64,000 nucleotides of DNA, taken from the NCBI GenBank assembly GCA_913043225.1, contig CAJWLU010000004.1, forward strand, positions 32,001 through 96,000, written 5' to 3'. Positions 20,609-29,338 of this stretch are shown here, one piece after another. Under the pieces are notes generated by a model, which did no database searches, was not told where the DNA came from, and was given only the letters and a program-made list of their open reading frames with translations. This DNA is from an uncultured Acidobacteriota bacterium (lineage in GTDB: Bacteria > Acidobacteriota > Vicinamibacteria > Vicinamibacterales > UBA8438). A program made the translations under genes and the position numbers. Position 1 is the stretch's first letter; each line of letters starts with the position of its first letter.

Positions 20609-21664
20609 TCAACTAAGCTCAATCGAACCGTCCACACGCATCAGCTCTGCATTGAGCAGCGCCGCGCCGGCCGCGCCCCTGACGGTGTTGTGACCCATCG
20701 CGACAAACTTGTGCCCCAGGACGGGACAGGCCCGGAGTCGACCGACCGACACAGCCATCCCCCGCTCCCGGTCAGCATCCAACCGTGGCTGCGGACGATC
20801 CCCCTCGGCGCGATAGATCACCGGCCGTGGTGGCGCACTCGGCAATGCCTCCTCCTGTGGACGCCCGATGAATGCACTCCACGCAGCGATCAGCGCGTCA
20901 CCCTCGACTGACTGGCCAAGTGCCACACTGACGAGCTCCATATGCCCGTTGATCACCGGCACTCGGGTCGTGGTCGCACTGACCACCACCGGATGCAGCG
21001 CGATTCCGCCATCCCCGAGCTCTCCGAGAATCTTCTGGGTCTCGGTCTCCATCTTCGGCTCTTCGCCTCGGATGAGCGGAAGAACGTTCCCGAGGATGTC
21101 GAGCGACGCCACACCCGGATACCCTCCACCCGAGACCGCCTGCTGCGTCGAGACGATGACCCGCTGCAATCCGAAGGTGCGGAGCGGCGCCAAGGCGAGT
21201 GCCAGCACGACCGTCGAGCAGTTCGGATTGGTAACGATCCGACCGTCCCAGCCACGCTCCGCCTGCTGCCGATCCAGGAGGGCCAGATGATCAGCGTTGA
21301 TCTCTGGAATTATGAGCGGGACGACCGGGTCCATCCGATGATTACTGGCGTTACTCACCACGATGTGGCCCGCCTGGGCGTATGCGATCTCCACCTCTCC
21401 CGCCACTGACGAATCGAGCCCGGAAAACAGCAGTCGCGGGGCATTACCAGGAACCACGCGTTCGACCGTCATCCTGGCCACGGCATCCGGGCGGGGAACG
21501 GGCAGCCGCCACTGGGTCGCCTCTTCATAGGCTTTGCCCGCAGACCGTTCGCTCGCGCCAATCCAGCTCACCTCGAACCACGGGTGATCCACTAGCTCAG
21601 CGATGAACTCCTGGCCCACGGTGCCGGTGGCACCCAGTATCCCGACCTCGATCTTCGCGCTCAT
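20609..21664 (-). CDS. asd: Aspartate-semialdehyde dehydrogenase (archaeal/eukaryotic-like type)
   Basis: GILGATGTVGQ, ASERSAGK, SNASNHRMD, NPNCST, GHNTVRGAAG. Confidence 0.96.
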   Translation of the reverse strand: MSAKIEVGILGATGTVGQEFIAELVDHPWFEVSWIGASERSAGKAYEEATQWRLPVPRPDAVARMTVERVVPGNAPRLLFSGLDSSVAGEVEIAYAQAGHIVVSNASNHRMDPVVPLIIPEINADHLALLDRQQAERGWDGRIVTNPNCSTVVLALALAPLRTFGLQRVIVSTQQAVSGGGYPGVASLDILGNVLPLIRGEEPKMETETQKILGELGDGGIALHPVVVSATTTRVPVINGHMELVSVALGQSVEGDALIAAWSAFIGRPQEEALPSAPPRPVIYRAEGDRPQPRLDADRERGMAVSVGRLRACPVLGHKFVAMGHNTVRGAAGAALLNAELMRVDGSIELS

Positions 21665-21704
21665 GTCCGTACGGTCTCCTACGCTCGCCGCTCTCGCTAC
21701 AACG

Positions 21705-22961
21705 CTATGCCGTCGCAGCCTCTGCCCCACCCGCCGGAAAGAACTCGGCATGCACCGATCGCGTCGCCTCCTCCAACCGATCCGCCGAGATTACGCAGGC
21801 CACCTTCATCTCCGACGAGCTGATGCAGTCGATATTGATTCCCTCGCGCGCCAGCACCGCGAACATCCTGGCCGCCAAGCCTGGCGTCGACGCCAAGCGC
21901 GACCCCACGATCGATATCTTCGCCACGTCATCCTCAACAACGCAACCGCTCGTGACCTTGTCGGCCTCCCATTGCTCCACAAGCTCGCGCGCGCCATCCA
22001 GAAACTCTTTATCGAGAATGAGCGTGATTCGACCCTGATGCGCTGAGCTGGCGCTCTGGATTATCAAGCGGATATTGATCCCAGCCGCCGCCAGGTCCTG
22101 AAACACACGAGCCGCAAGCCCGGGCTCGTCTGGCACATCCAGCAGAGTCACCTTGGCAATCTTCGCGTCACTGGTCACACTGATGACTTCCGCTCGTTCC
22201 ATGATCTCCTCACCTTCCCGAATCCAGGTACCTTCGCGCAGATGGAAGCTGCTCCTCACGTGGATGGGCACGTCATACTCCATGCACACCTCGGCCGCCC
22301 GCGGATGCAGTACCTTGGCTCCGCTCGACGCCATCTCGATCGCCTCCTCATAGCTGATAGCCGGCCACAACCGCGCGCCTGGCACCCGCGACGGGTCCGC
22401 TGAGAACACCCCGTCCACATCGGTGCAGATCTCACAGGCGTCGGCACCGAGCGCCGCCGCTAGCGCCGCACCGGTGATGTCGCTCCCGCCGCGACCCAAC
22501 GTGGTGACGTCGTTGGTCTCGTTAATCCCCTGAAACCCGGTCACGATGACGACCCGCCCACTGTCGAGCTCCTCGTGGATGCGCCCCGTGTCGATACTCC
22601 GGATCCGAGCGAAGTTAAAAACGCCGTCGGTCCGGATTCCGCACTGGAGCGCTGTCAACGACACTGCCGAGATGCCACGCGCCTGTAGCGCCAGGCCGAG
22701 CAGCGACACCGTGATCTGCTCGCCGGTAGACAGCAGCAGATCCATCTCGCGCCCTTCCGGCCGCTCGGACACCTGATGCGCTAGACCGACCAACTCATCG
22801 GTCGTGCTACCCATGGCCGAGAGGACCACGACGAGACGCGGCGTCTGGGTCAGATTCGACTCGATCCGGTCGGCAATCGCCAGAATCCGCTCCGCGGTTG
22901 CCACCGATGTTCCTCCGTACTTCTGGACCACCACCGGTGGCCTTTCTCCGCGCTCGCTCAT
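21705..22961 (-). CDS. lysC: Aspartate kinase with two ACT domains
   Basis: VQKYGGTSV, SAMG.TTD.L, TTLGRGGSD, TDVDGVF.ADP, GAKVLHPR. Confidence 0.96.
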   Translation of the reverse strand: MSERGERPPVVVQKYGGTSVATAERILAIADRIESNLTQTPRLVVVLSAMGSTTDELVGLAHQVSERPEGREMDLLLSTGEQITVSLLGLALQARGISAVSLTALQCGIRTDGVFNFARIRSIDTGRIHEELDSGRVVIVTGFQGINETNDVTTLGRGGSDITGAALAAALGADACEICTDVDGVFSADPSRVPGARLWPAISYEEAIEMASSGAKVLHPRAAEVCMEYDVPIHVRSSFHLREGTWIREGEEIMERAEVISVTSDAKIAKVTLLDVPDEPGLAARVFQDLAAAGINIRLIIQSASSAHQGRITLILDKEFLDGARELVEQWEADKVTSGCVVEDDVAKISIVGSRLASTPGLAARMFAVLAREGINIDCISSSEMKVACVISADRLEEATRSVHAEFFPAGGAEAATA

Positions 22962-22968
22962 GCCCTCC

Positions 22969-24261
22969 TCATCCGCGCACAGGCCGGCTCGCACCAGGGG
23001 CGCAGGCTCCCTCTCGAGCGTGCTCGCGCCCACTGCCCGGTGCCATCTTCGATCCGAGTTGGGTCGCCAGCTGGTGAAGAAACAGTCCCACGTCGGTCAC
23101 GATGCCAGCCGTCTGCGACGACCCTCGGTCGGCAAGCTTGGTCACCACCGCCGGATTGATATCAACGCACACGACACGGACCCATGCCGGCAACATATTG
23201 CCCACTCCGATACTGTGGAGCATGGACGAGAGCATCAGCACCAACCGAGCCCCTTGGAGCTGCTCAGCGTACCGCTCCTGCGCCTCGCTCAAATCCATGA
23301 TCGTGTCCGGCAGCGGGCCGTCGTCCCGGATGCTGCCAGCTAGAACAAACGGCACCTCACGACGAATCACCTCGTACATCAAGCCGCTCTGAAGCAGGCC
23401 CTCCGCGACGGCGCGTTCGATCCCCCCCACGCGGCGAATGGCATTGATGGCTCGCATGTGGTGCTTGTGTCCGTCATCGACCGCGACCCCGCGCTCGAGG
23501 TCGACCCCTAGCGAAGTACCGTAGAACGCATGTTCAACATCGTGCACCGCCAGCGCGTTCCCCGCCAAGAGACTGTCGATCCAGCCGTAGCGTACTAGCT
23601 GGCTTAGATAGCCGCTCCCGCCGCTGTGCACGACCACCGGTCCGGCCACCACGACGACACGCCCCCCGTCCGCCTTAACCTCCTGCATCATCCGAACGAC
23701 GCGCGCCACCGTCACCTCCACCCGTCGTTCGGTGGAGACATCGTTCGTCATGAACGCGAAGCCTAGCCGATCCCGCTCCTTGAATTCGGGCACTACGCGG
23801 ATCCCGTCCACGCCGCAAACGACCGGGTCTCCCGCCCGCACGTCGCGAAGCTTTCGGCAGGCAGCGCGACCGTCGCTGACAACGACGACCGCATCCATCC
23901 GCTGCCGTTTCACGTCGAGCCACTCTCCGTCGTGACGGACCTGGGTACGTTGGTTGGTCGTCGAATAGAAGTCGTCGGGCACGAACCCGTCGCCAGCCGG
24001 CTCCAGACGCGCATCCCGCTGGGGACGGGGATAACACCCCAGCGGCACAAGCTCTTCGAGCAGCTCGCGGAGCGCCTCTTCGGATTTGGTCGTGACCTGC
24101 AGCTGTAACCGTGAGAAGTCGTCATTGGTCCGTCCGATGGCAAAGTCTAGGACGTGATACTTCGCTCCTCGCTCGATCACCTTGTCGAACACGGAGGCCA
24201 ACAGACGGGAGTCGATCAGGTGACCTTCGGCCTCGACGATCTCGCTATGTCCATCGCTCAT
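22969..24261 (-). CDS. TIGR00300-family protein (LOR/SDH-associated, AgrE/ArgZ C-terminal-like ornithine cyclodeaminase family)
   Basis: EAEGHLIDS, PDDFYSTTN, FAFM...VSTER, GNALAVHDVE, LAGSIRDDGPLPD, MLHSIGVGNM, VDINP. Confidence 0.88.
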   Translation of the reverse strand: MSDGHSEIVEAEGHLIDSRLLASVFDKVIERGAKYHVLDFAIGRTNDDFSRLQLQVTTKSEEALRELLEELVPLGCYPRPQRDARLEPAGDGFVPDDFYSTTNQRTQVRHDGEWLDVKRQRMDAVVVVSDGRAACRKLRDVRAGDPVVCGVDGIRVVPEFKERDRLGFAFMTNDVSTERRVEVTVARVVRMMQEVKADGGRVVVVAGPVVVHSGGSGYLSQLVRYGWIDSLLAGNALAVHDVEHAFYGTSLGVDLERGVAVDDGHKHHMRAINAIRRVGGIERAVAEGLLQSGLMYEVIRREVPFVLAGSIRDDGPLPDTIMDLSEAQERYAEQLQGARLVLMLSSMLHSIGVGNMLPAWVRVVCVDINPAVVTKLADRGSSQTAGIVTDVGLFLHQLATQLGSKMAPGSGREHAREGACAPGASRPVRG

Positions 24262-24269
24262 CGTTGCGG

Positions 24270-25520
24270 TCACCGCACGCTCGCTTGAGCGGACCGTGAC
24301 GCCAGAAAGGCCTCGAACTCTTTCAAGGCTCGTCCGAGCCGCGTCGGCTGCTCGAGCTGATCGGCTACCACGTGCGACGTTTTGTAGCCGTTGCCAGTGA
24401 TGCACACAACCACCGACTCGTCACGCGGGATCACGCCAGCCTTAATCAGCTTGATCGCCACCGCGAGGGTTGTGCCGCCGGCTGGTTCGGTGAAGATCCC
24501 CTCAGTTCGCGCCAGCAGACCAACCGCGTCCAGGATCTCCCGGTCGGTGGCGCGCTCGCCCGAGCCGCCGCTCCCACGCACCGTCTCAAGCACTTGATGC
24601 CCGTCGGCAGGGTTCCCGATGGCGATCGACTTGGCGATGGTGTCCGGACGAACCGGCTCCGGATGAGTGGCGCCGCTCTCGAGCGCATTGATTACCGGGG
24701 CACAGCCAGCGGCCTGGGCCGCATGAATCCGCGGCAGCATCCCCTCGGTCAGCCCGACCTCACGCAGCTCACGGAACGCGCGGCCGATCCGAGGCAGCAG
24801 CGTGCCGCCGGCCACCGGCGACACGAGGTGCGTGGGATAGCGCCAGCCCAGCTGCTCGACAATCTCGAACGCGATGGTCTTCGCCCCTTCGGCGTAATAA
24901 CTCCTCAGGTTGATGTTCGCGAATGCCCAGCCATATCGGTCACCAACCTGAGTGCACAGACGGTTCACGTCATCATAGGTGCCGTCGATGCCAACCACGT
25001 GGGGCCCCGCTACTGCCGACCCCAGAATCTTGCCCGGCTCCAAACTCTGCGGAATAAAGACGTAGCACTCCAGGCCAAGCCTCGCCGCATGCGCGGCCAC
25101 ACTATTGCCTAGGTTGCCCGTAGACGCGCACCCGAAGGTATCGAAACCCAGTTCGATAGCCCGGGTCGCAGCCACCGGCACCACCCGGTCCTTGTAGGAC
25201 AGCGTGGGGTGATTGACGGAATCGTCTTTGATGTACAGCTCGTCGACGCCAAGCTCCCGGCCAAGCCGATGCGCCCGCACGAGCGGCGTGTAGCCTGAAT
25301 CGAGCCCGGTCAACGGCTCGCCATCAATCGGCAGTAGCTCCCGATACCGCCAGAGATTGTTGGGGCGTGCCTCGATGCTTTCGCGCGTCATCTCCCGCCG
25401 CACGAGGTCGTAGTCATAGACCGCCTCGAGCGGGCCCAGGCACTGGTCACAGACATACAGCGCTTTGGGGGCGAACGCGGTCTTGCACATTGCGCACTGC
25501 AACCCGATCAACGCACTCAT
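24270..25520 (-). CDS. thrC: Threonine synthase
   Basis: LWRYRELLP, NHPTLSYKDR (PLP Lys), ASTGNL, EGAKT, SIAIGNP, EGIFTEPAGG. Confidence 0.93.
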   Translation of the reverse strand: MSALIGLQCAMCKTAFAPKALYVCDQCLGPLEAVYDYDLVRREMTRESIEARPNNLWRYRELLPIDGEPLTGLDSGYTPLVRAHRLGRELGVDELYIKDDSVNHPTLSYKDRVVPVAATRAIELGFDTFGCASTGNLGNSVAAHAARLGLECYVFIPQSLEPGKILGSAVAGPHVVGIDGTYDDVNRLCTQVGDRYGWAFANINLRSYYAEGAKTIAFEIVEQLGWRYPTHLVSPVAGGTLLPRIGRAFRELREVGLTEGMLPRIHAAQAAGCAPVINALESGATHPEPVRPDTIAKSIAIGNPADGHQVLETVRGSGGSGERATDREILDAVGLLARTEGIFTEPAGGTTLAVAIKLIKAGVIPRDESVVVCITGNGYKTSHVVADQLEQPTRLGRALKEFEAFLASRSAQASVR

Positions 25521-26848
25521 ACCCCATCCTCCCCGTCGCTGAGGATCGGCAGCCAGACCGGCGCTTGCACATGGAAATCAAACCGCTCGATCTCGCCGAG
25601 CGCAGCGCTCACGGCCATCGAGCCGCAAGTCTCGAGCGTCATCACGAACGGCAGTTCCGTCTTCGACCATCCTGGCTCCTGGAGCACGGCGTCCACGTTA
25701 ACCCCATGCCGCGAGAACACCTCCGCAAGAGCGGCGATGATGCCCGGACGATCCGCGATTGTGAACCGGAGGTAGTGGCCCGCTTCGAAACCTTGCACCA
25801 CCCGAGCCGCCCGTTGTTTGTCGGGAAACAGATCCGTGGGAGCCACCGCCTGGCCGCGAGCCACAGCAACCAGGTCTGACACGACTGCCACTGCTGTGGG
25901 ATCGCCACCGGCGCCATAGCCGGAGAAGGCGGTTTCTCCACCATACCGTCCTTCCACGACGACGATGTTCTGGCTGCCGTCGACCCGGGCGAGCGGCGAG
26001 GCCTCGGGCACCAGAGACGGCCGCACCGAGGCGCGGACGCTCCCATCATCAAGCACCTCGGCCTGAGCGACCTGACGGATCACACATCCCAGCCGCCTGG
26101 CGTAGGCGAAGTCGATCGCCGCGACAGACGTCATGGAGGCCAGGGGAATGTCGTCGGCCGTGACCACCTGCCTCAGCCCTACCGCAAGCAGAATTGCCAG
26201 CTTGGCCTGCGCATCGAAGCCTTCAACATCGGCGGTCGGATCCGCTTCGGCGTAGCCCAACCGCTGTGCCTCGGCCAGCGCGTCTTCGAACGAGACCCCG
26301 TCAGCCTCCATGCTCGTCAGGATGTAATTGCAGGTGCCGTTGAGAATTCCGCTTACTCGGGTCAACCGATCGCCGGATACCCCGTCCCTCATCCCGCGCA
26401 CGATCGGGATGCCTCCAGCAACCGCCGCCTCGAACAGCAGCTGCGTCCCGTGACGACGTGCCTGACTCATCAGCTCGGTCCCAGCCTGTGCGATCACCTG
26501 CTTGTTGGCCGTAACCACAGGTATCCCTGCCAACAGCGCCCGGTCGATCCAGTCCCGGGCAGGCGAGGTGCCGCCAATCAACTCGACAACGACATCGACC
26601 TCGGCGGCGAGCAGATCGTCGAACGATTCAGTCCACACGACATCCGGACCGGTCCAATCGACTCGCTTCGACGCGACATTGCGGTTAAAGACATGGGTTA
26701 GCGTGAGCTCGGCGTGCACTCCACTGGTCAGAATTTTGGCTACGGACTGGCCTACGGTGCCAAAACCGGCAATGGCGACCCGACACTGCCGGGACCGCGC
26801 GGACTCGCTCGTCATGACGTTCACTCGCACCGTCGTGGACTGCGCCAA
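25517..26848 (-). CDS. hom: Homoserine dehydrogenase with C-terminal ACT domain
   Basis: GFGTVG, VVTANK, FEAAVAGGIP, GILNGTCNYIL, GYAEADPTADVEG, GAGGDPTA, DRPG. Confidence 0.96.
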   Translation of the reverse strand: MAQSTTVRVNVMTSESARSRQCRVAIAGFGTVGQSVAKILTSGVHAELTLTHVFNRNVASKRVDWTGPDVVWTESFDDLLAAEVDVVVELIGGTSPARDWIDRALLAGIPVVTANKQVIAQAGTELMSQARRHGTQLLFEAAVAGGIPIVRGMRDGVSGDRLTRVSGILNGTCNYILTSMEADGVSFEDALAEAQRLGYAEADPTADVEGFDAQAKLAILLAVGLRQVVTADDIPLASMTSVAAIDFAYARRLGCVIRQVAQAEVLDDGSVRASVRPSLVPEASPLARVDGSQNIVVVEGRYGGETAFSGYGAGGDPTAVAVVSDLVAVARGQAVAPTDLFPDKQRAARVVQGFEAGHYLRFTIADRPGIIAALAEVFSRHGVNVDAVLQEPGWSKTELPFVMTLETCGSMAVSAALGEIERFDFHVQAPVWLPILSDGEDGV

Positions 26849-26874
26849 CCCCTACGGAGGCCACCGCGTCGGGT

Positions 26875-26913
26875 AAAAAAGAAGGCCATCACCCAGGTGC
26901 GGATGATGGCCTC
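26875..26913 (-). terminator. Attenuator terminator hairpin of the hom operon leader
   Basis: GAGGCCATCATCC-GCACCT-GGGTGATGGCCTTC followed by TTTTTT. Confidence 0.9.
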
Positions 26914-26942
26914 GTTTCGTCTACCTTTACCGCTCAGCTACA

Positions 26943-27023
26943 TCATCCGCTCTGCCCGAGCCTAGCCGGCGCCATGGTGGCCGTCGTCGGACCAGGCAGG
27001 CAAATCGGAAAAATCGCGCTCAT
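26943..27023 (-). CDS. Attenuation leader peptide MSAIFPICLPGPTTATMAPARLGQSG (26 aa)
   Basis: Ile/Thr/Met codons (I..I...TTATM); stop codon lies in GCGGATGATG, complementary to the terminator 5' arm. Confidence 0.8.
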   Translation of the reverse strand: MSAIFPICLPGPTTATMAPARLGQSG

Positions 27024-27066
27024 CAGGGACCTAAACTGAGGGCGTTTGGGACCCTCAAGCCCTTAT

Positions 27067-27096
27067 TTTATACACTGATAGCGGCATCCAAGTCAA
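27067..27096 (-). promoter_or_regulatory. Sigma-70 promoter of leader-hom operon
   Basis: TTGACT-N18-TATAAA. Confidence 0.65.
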
Positions 27097-27112
27097 TCGC
27101 GCCGGTGCCCGG

Positions 27113-27141
27113 TTGACACCCGCAGACCCGAAGAGTAGTAT
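27113..27141 (+). promoter_or_regulatory. Sigma-70 promoter of murQ operon (divergent)
   Basis: TTGACA-N17-TAGTAT. Confidence 0.7.
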
Positions 27142-27168
27142 CCGCCGCATTCTCAGAGGCAGGCTCGT

Positions 27169-28125
27169 ATGTCCACCCGCTCCAAGTGGCAATCGCTCCC
27201 CACCGAGGCCATCAACCTAAACACCCTGTCGATGGACCAGGCGTCCACTGAGGAGATCATCACCCTGATGCTCCAGGAGGACCGCAAGGCCATCACCGCG
27301 GTCCAGCGGGAGAAGCAGCGAATCGCCGTCGGCGCCGAACTGATCACCGAGGCCTTTCGGCGAGGTGGCCGACTCGTGTTCGTCGGCGCGGGCACCAGCG
27401 GCCGGCTCGGCGTACTTGAAGCGGCAGAGATGCTGCCCACTTTCGGCACACCACCCCGCCTGATCCAAGCGATTATGGCTGGCGGCCGGGAAGCCTTCTT
27501 CACCCCCCGCGAGGGCGTCGAGGACAATTTCGAAGAGGGCAGCCGCGCGATCAGCCGGCTGCGCCTGACCAATCGAGACGTGCTCATCGGCGTGTCAGCC
27601 AGTGGGATGACGCAGTTCGTTCGTGGAGCGTTGACCCGGGCCCGTCGAACCGGCGTCAAGATCATATTCGTGACCTGCTGGCCGGGCACCGAGTTACAGA
27701 CCTTCGTCGACGTGATCATCGCTCCGGCCGTGGGCCCGGAGGTCATCGCGGGCTCGACTCGACTAAAAGCGGGCAGCGCCACCAAGATGGTCTTGAATAT
27801 GTTGACCACCATCTCGATGGTGCATATCGGCAAGACCTACGGCAACCTCATGGTCGATGTGCAGACCGGATCGGAACAACGACGCGACCGAGCTCGCGGC
27901 ATCATCACCATGGTGACCGGGCTGGACTATGACGCCGCGGGCGCGTTGCTCAAGCGCGCGCGGTGGAACGTCAAGGCTGCCATCGTGATGGAACGGACCG
28001 GCGACACCTACGGCAAGGCGATCGGAAGACTTAAACGGGCCGGCGACTCGGTACGTAACGCCATCGGGGAAGACGTCGAGCCCCGCCTCCGCGAACGCCT
28101 CCGCCACGGGCGGGTCTCCCCCTAG
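27169..28125 (+). CDS. murQ: N-acetylmuramic acid 6-phosphate etherase
   Basis: GAGTSGRLGVL...E..PTFG, EGVED, GPEVIAGSTRLKAGSATKMVLNMLTT, GKTYGNLMVDV. Confidence 0.95.
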   Translation: MSTRSKWQSLPTEAINLNTLSMDQASTEEIITLMLQEDRKAITAVQREKQRIAVGAELITEAFRRGGRLVFVGAGTSGRLGVLEAAEMLPTFGTPPRLIQAIMAGGREAFFTPREGVEDNFEEGSRAISRLRLTNRDVLIGVSASGMTQFVRGALTRARRTGVKIIFVTCWPGTELQTFVDVIIAPAVGPEVIAGSTRLKAGSATKMVLNMLTTISMVHIGKTYGNLMVDVQTGSEQRRDRARGIITMVTGLDYDAAGALLKRARWNVKAAIVMERTGDTYGKAIGRLKRAGDSVRNAIGEDVEPRLRERLRHGRVSP

Positions 28126-28139
28126 CGCCAGAAAGCGAA

Positions 28140-29336
28140 ATGACGAGGGGCAGGCGACGCAAGCTACTCGGCGTGCTCCTGGGCGTGCTTCTCGGCGCAC
28201 TCCTAGCGCCGAACTCTGCCGCCGCAGAGCGTGGCCTCTGGGTACGCACTGCGACATGGCAGGACCCGCTACGTGCCGCCCGGCTCATCGCCGACGCCGC
28301 GGCCACCGGCTTCACGCTCCTGCTGCTGGACGTGCCGCTGGATGACGCTCCAGGAGCCAGCTCAACAAGACGCGACGAGGCACTCCATGCGTTCATCGCC
28401 AGCGCCAAGGTCCGGGGGCTGCAGGTTCACGCCTGGGTCCAGGCCAGCCGGATCCTGGCCGCGGGGGCGCTCCCCGCCTCGGGCGATCACCCGGTCCGGA
28501 CCTACCCCGAGTGGGTGATGGTACCTAGGGAGCTAGCCACCGAACTCGCCAGGCTCGACGCGCACAACCCCGCCTATCTGGGCGCGCTCGCCCGCTGGGC
28601 GCGCGATCGCGCCGACGAGGTAGACGGTCTGTATCTGTCGCCGCTCGTTCCCGCCGCGGCGGAATTTCTCGCCGATCGCCTCGGTGCCCTGCTCAACCGG
28701 GTTCCCTTTGACGGCGTCCAGTTCGAGTCCGCTTACCTCCCGAGCAGCGACTTCGATTTCGGCGCACTCGCCGTGCGGCTGTTCCGTGAAGAGGTTGCAT
28801 CGAGACTGCCCCCCCTCGAGCGTCGTCAGCACGACGCTCGATCCGCCATCGATCCCCGCACCTATCCCGACGCGTTCCCACAGCAGTGGAGCCGATTCCG
28901 CCGCTCGCGCGTCACGGCACTCATCGCGCGGCTCGGCGCCCGTGCTCGTCAAGCGCGTCCCGGCATTCACGTCAGCGTGCTGGTCGCCGCCGACCCGGAC
29001 GAGGCCTTGGGACGCCACCAGCAAGACTGGCGCACCTGGGTAGAGATAGGGCTTGTTGATGCAATCTGCCTAGCGCCAGGCACCGAAATGCCGGGTGAAT
29101 TCAGCCAGCACCTCGTCGACGCCTCGACCATTGCCGGCACCGCGGCACTGTGGACCGGCGTGGCCGCCCATCGGCTGTCTCCTAGCGACACCCTTGCACG
29201 GATACGTACCGCTCGCCGGATCGGCGTCGACGGCCTGCTGGTCTGGTCCTACGACACCGTGATCGACTCGACCCGACAGCCTCCGGGGCACCTTCAGCAG
29301 ATCGGCCTCGCACTCTCGACCGGTGACCAACGCTAA
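28140..29336 (+). CDS. Exported glycoside hydrolase-like 10 (YddW/DUF187-like) protein
   Basis: Signal peptide, RGLWV, GLQVHAW, PEW, DGVQF, QDWRTW. Confidence 0.75.
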   Translation: MTRGRRRKLLGVLLGVLLGALLAPNSAAAERGLWVRTATWQDPLRAARLIADAAATGFTLLLLDVPLDDAPGASSTRRDEALHAFIASAKVRGLQVHAWVQASRILAAGALPASGDHPVRTYPEWVMVPRELATELARLDAHNPAYLGALARWARDRADEVDGLYLSPLVPAAAEFLADRLGALLNRVPFDGVQFESAYLPSSDFDFGALAVRLFREEVASRLPPLERRQHDARSAIDPRTYPDAFPQQWSRFRRSRVTALIARLGARARQARPGIHVSVLVAADPDEALGRHQQDWRTWVEIGLVDAICLAPGTEMPGEFSQHLVDASTIAGTAALWTGVAAHRLSPSDTLARIRTARRIGVDGLLVWSYDTVIDSTRQPPGHLQQIGLALSTGDQR

Positions 29337-29338
29337 GC

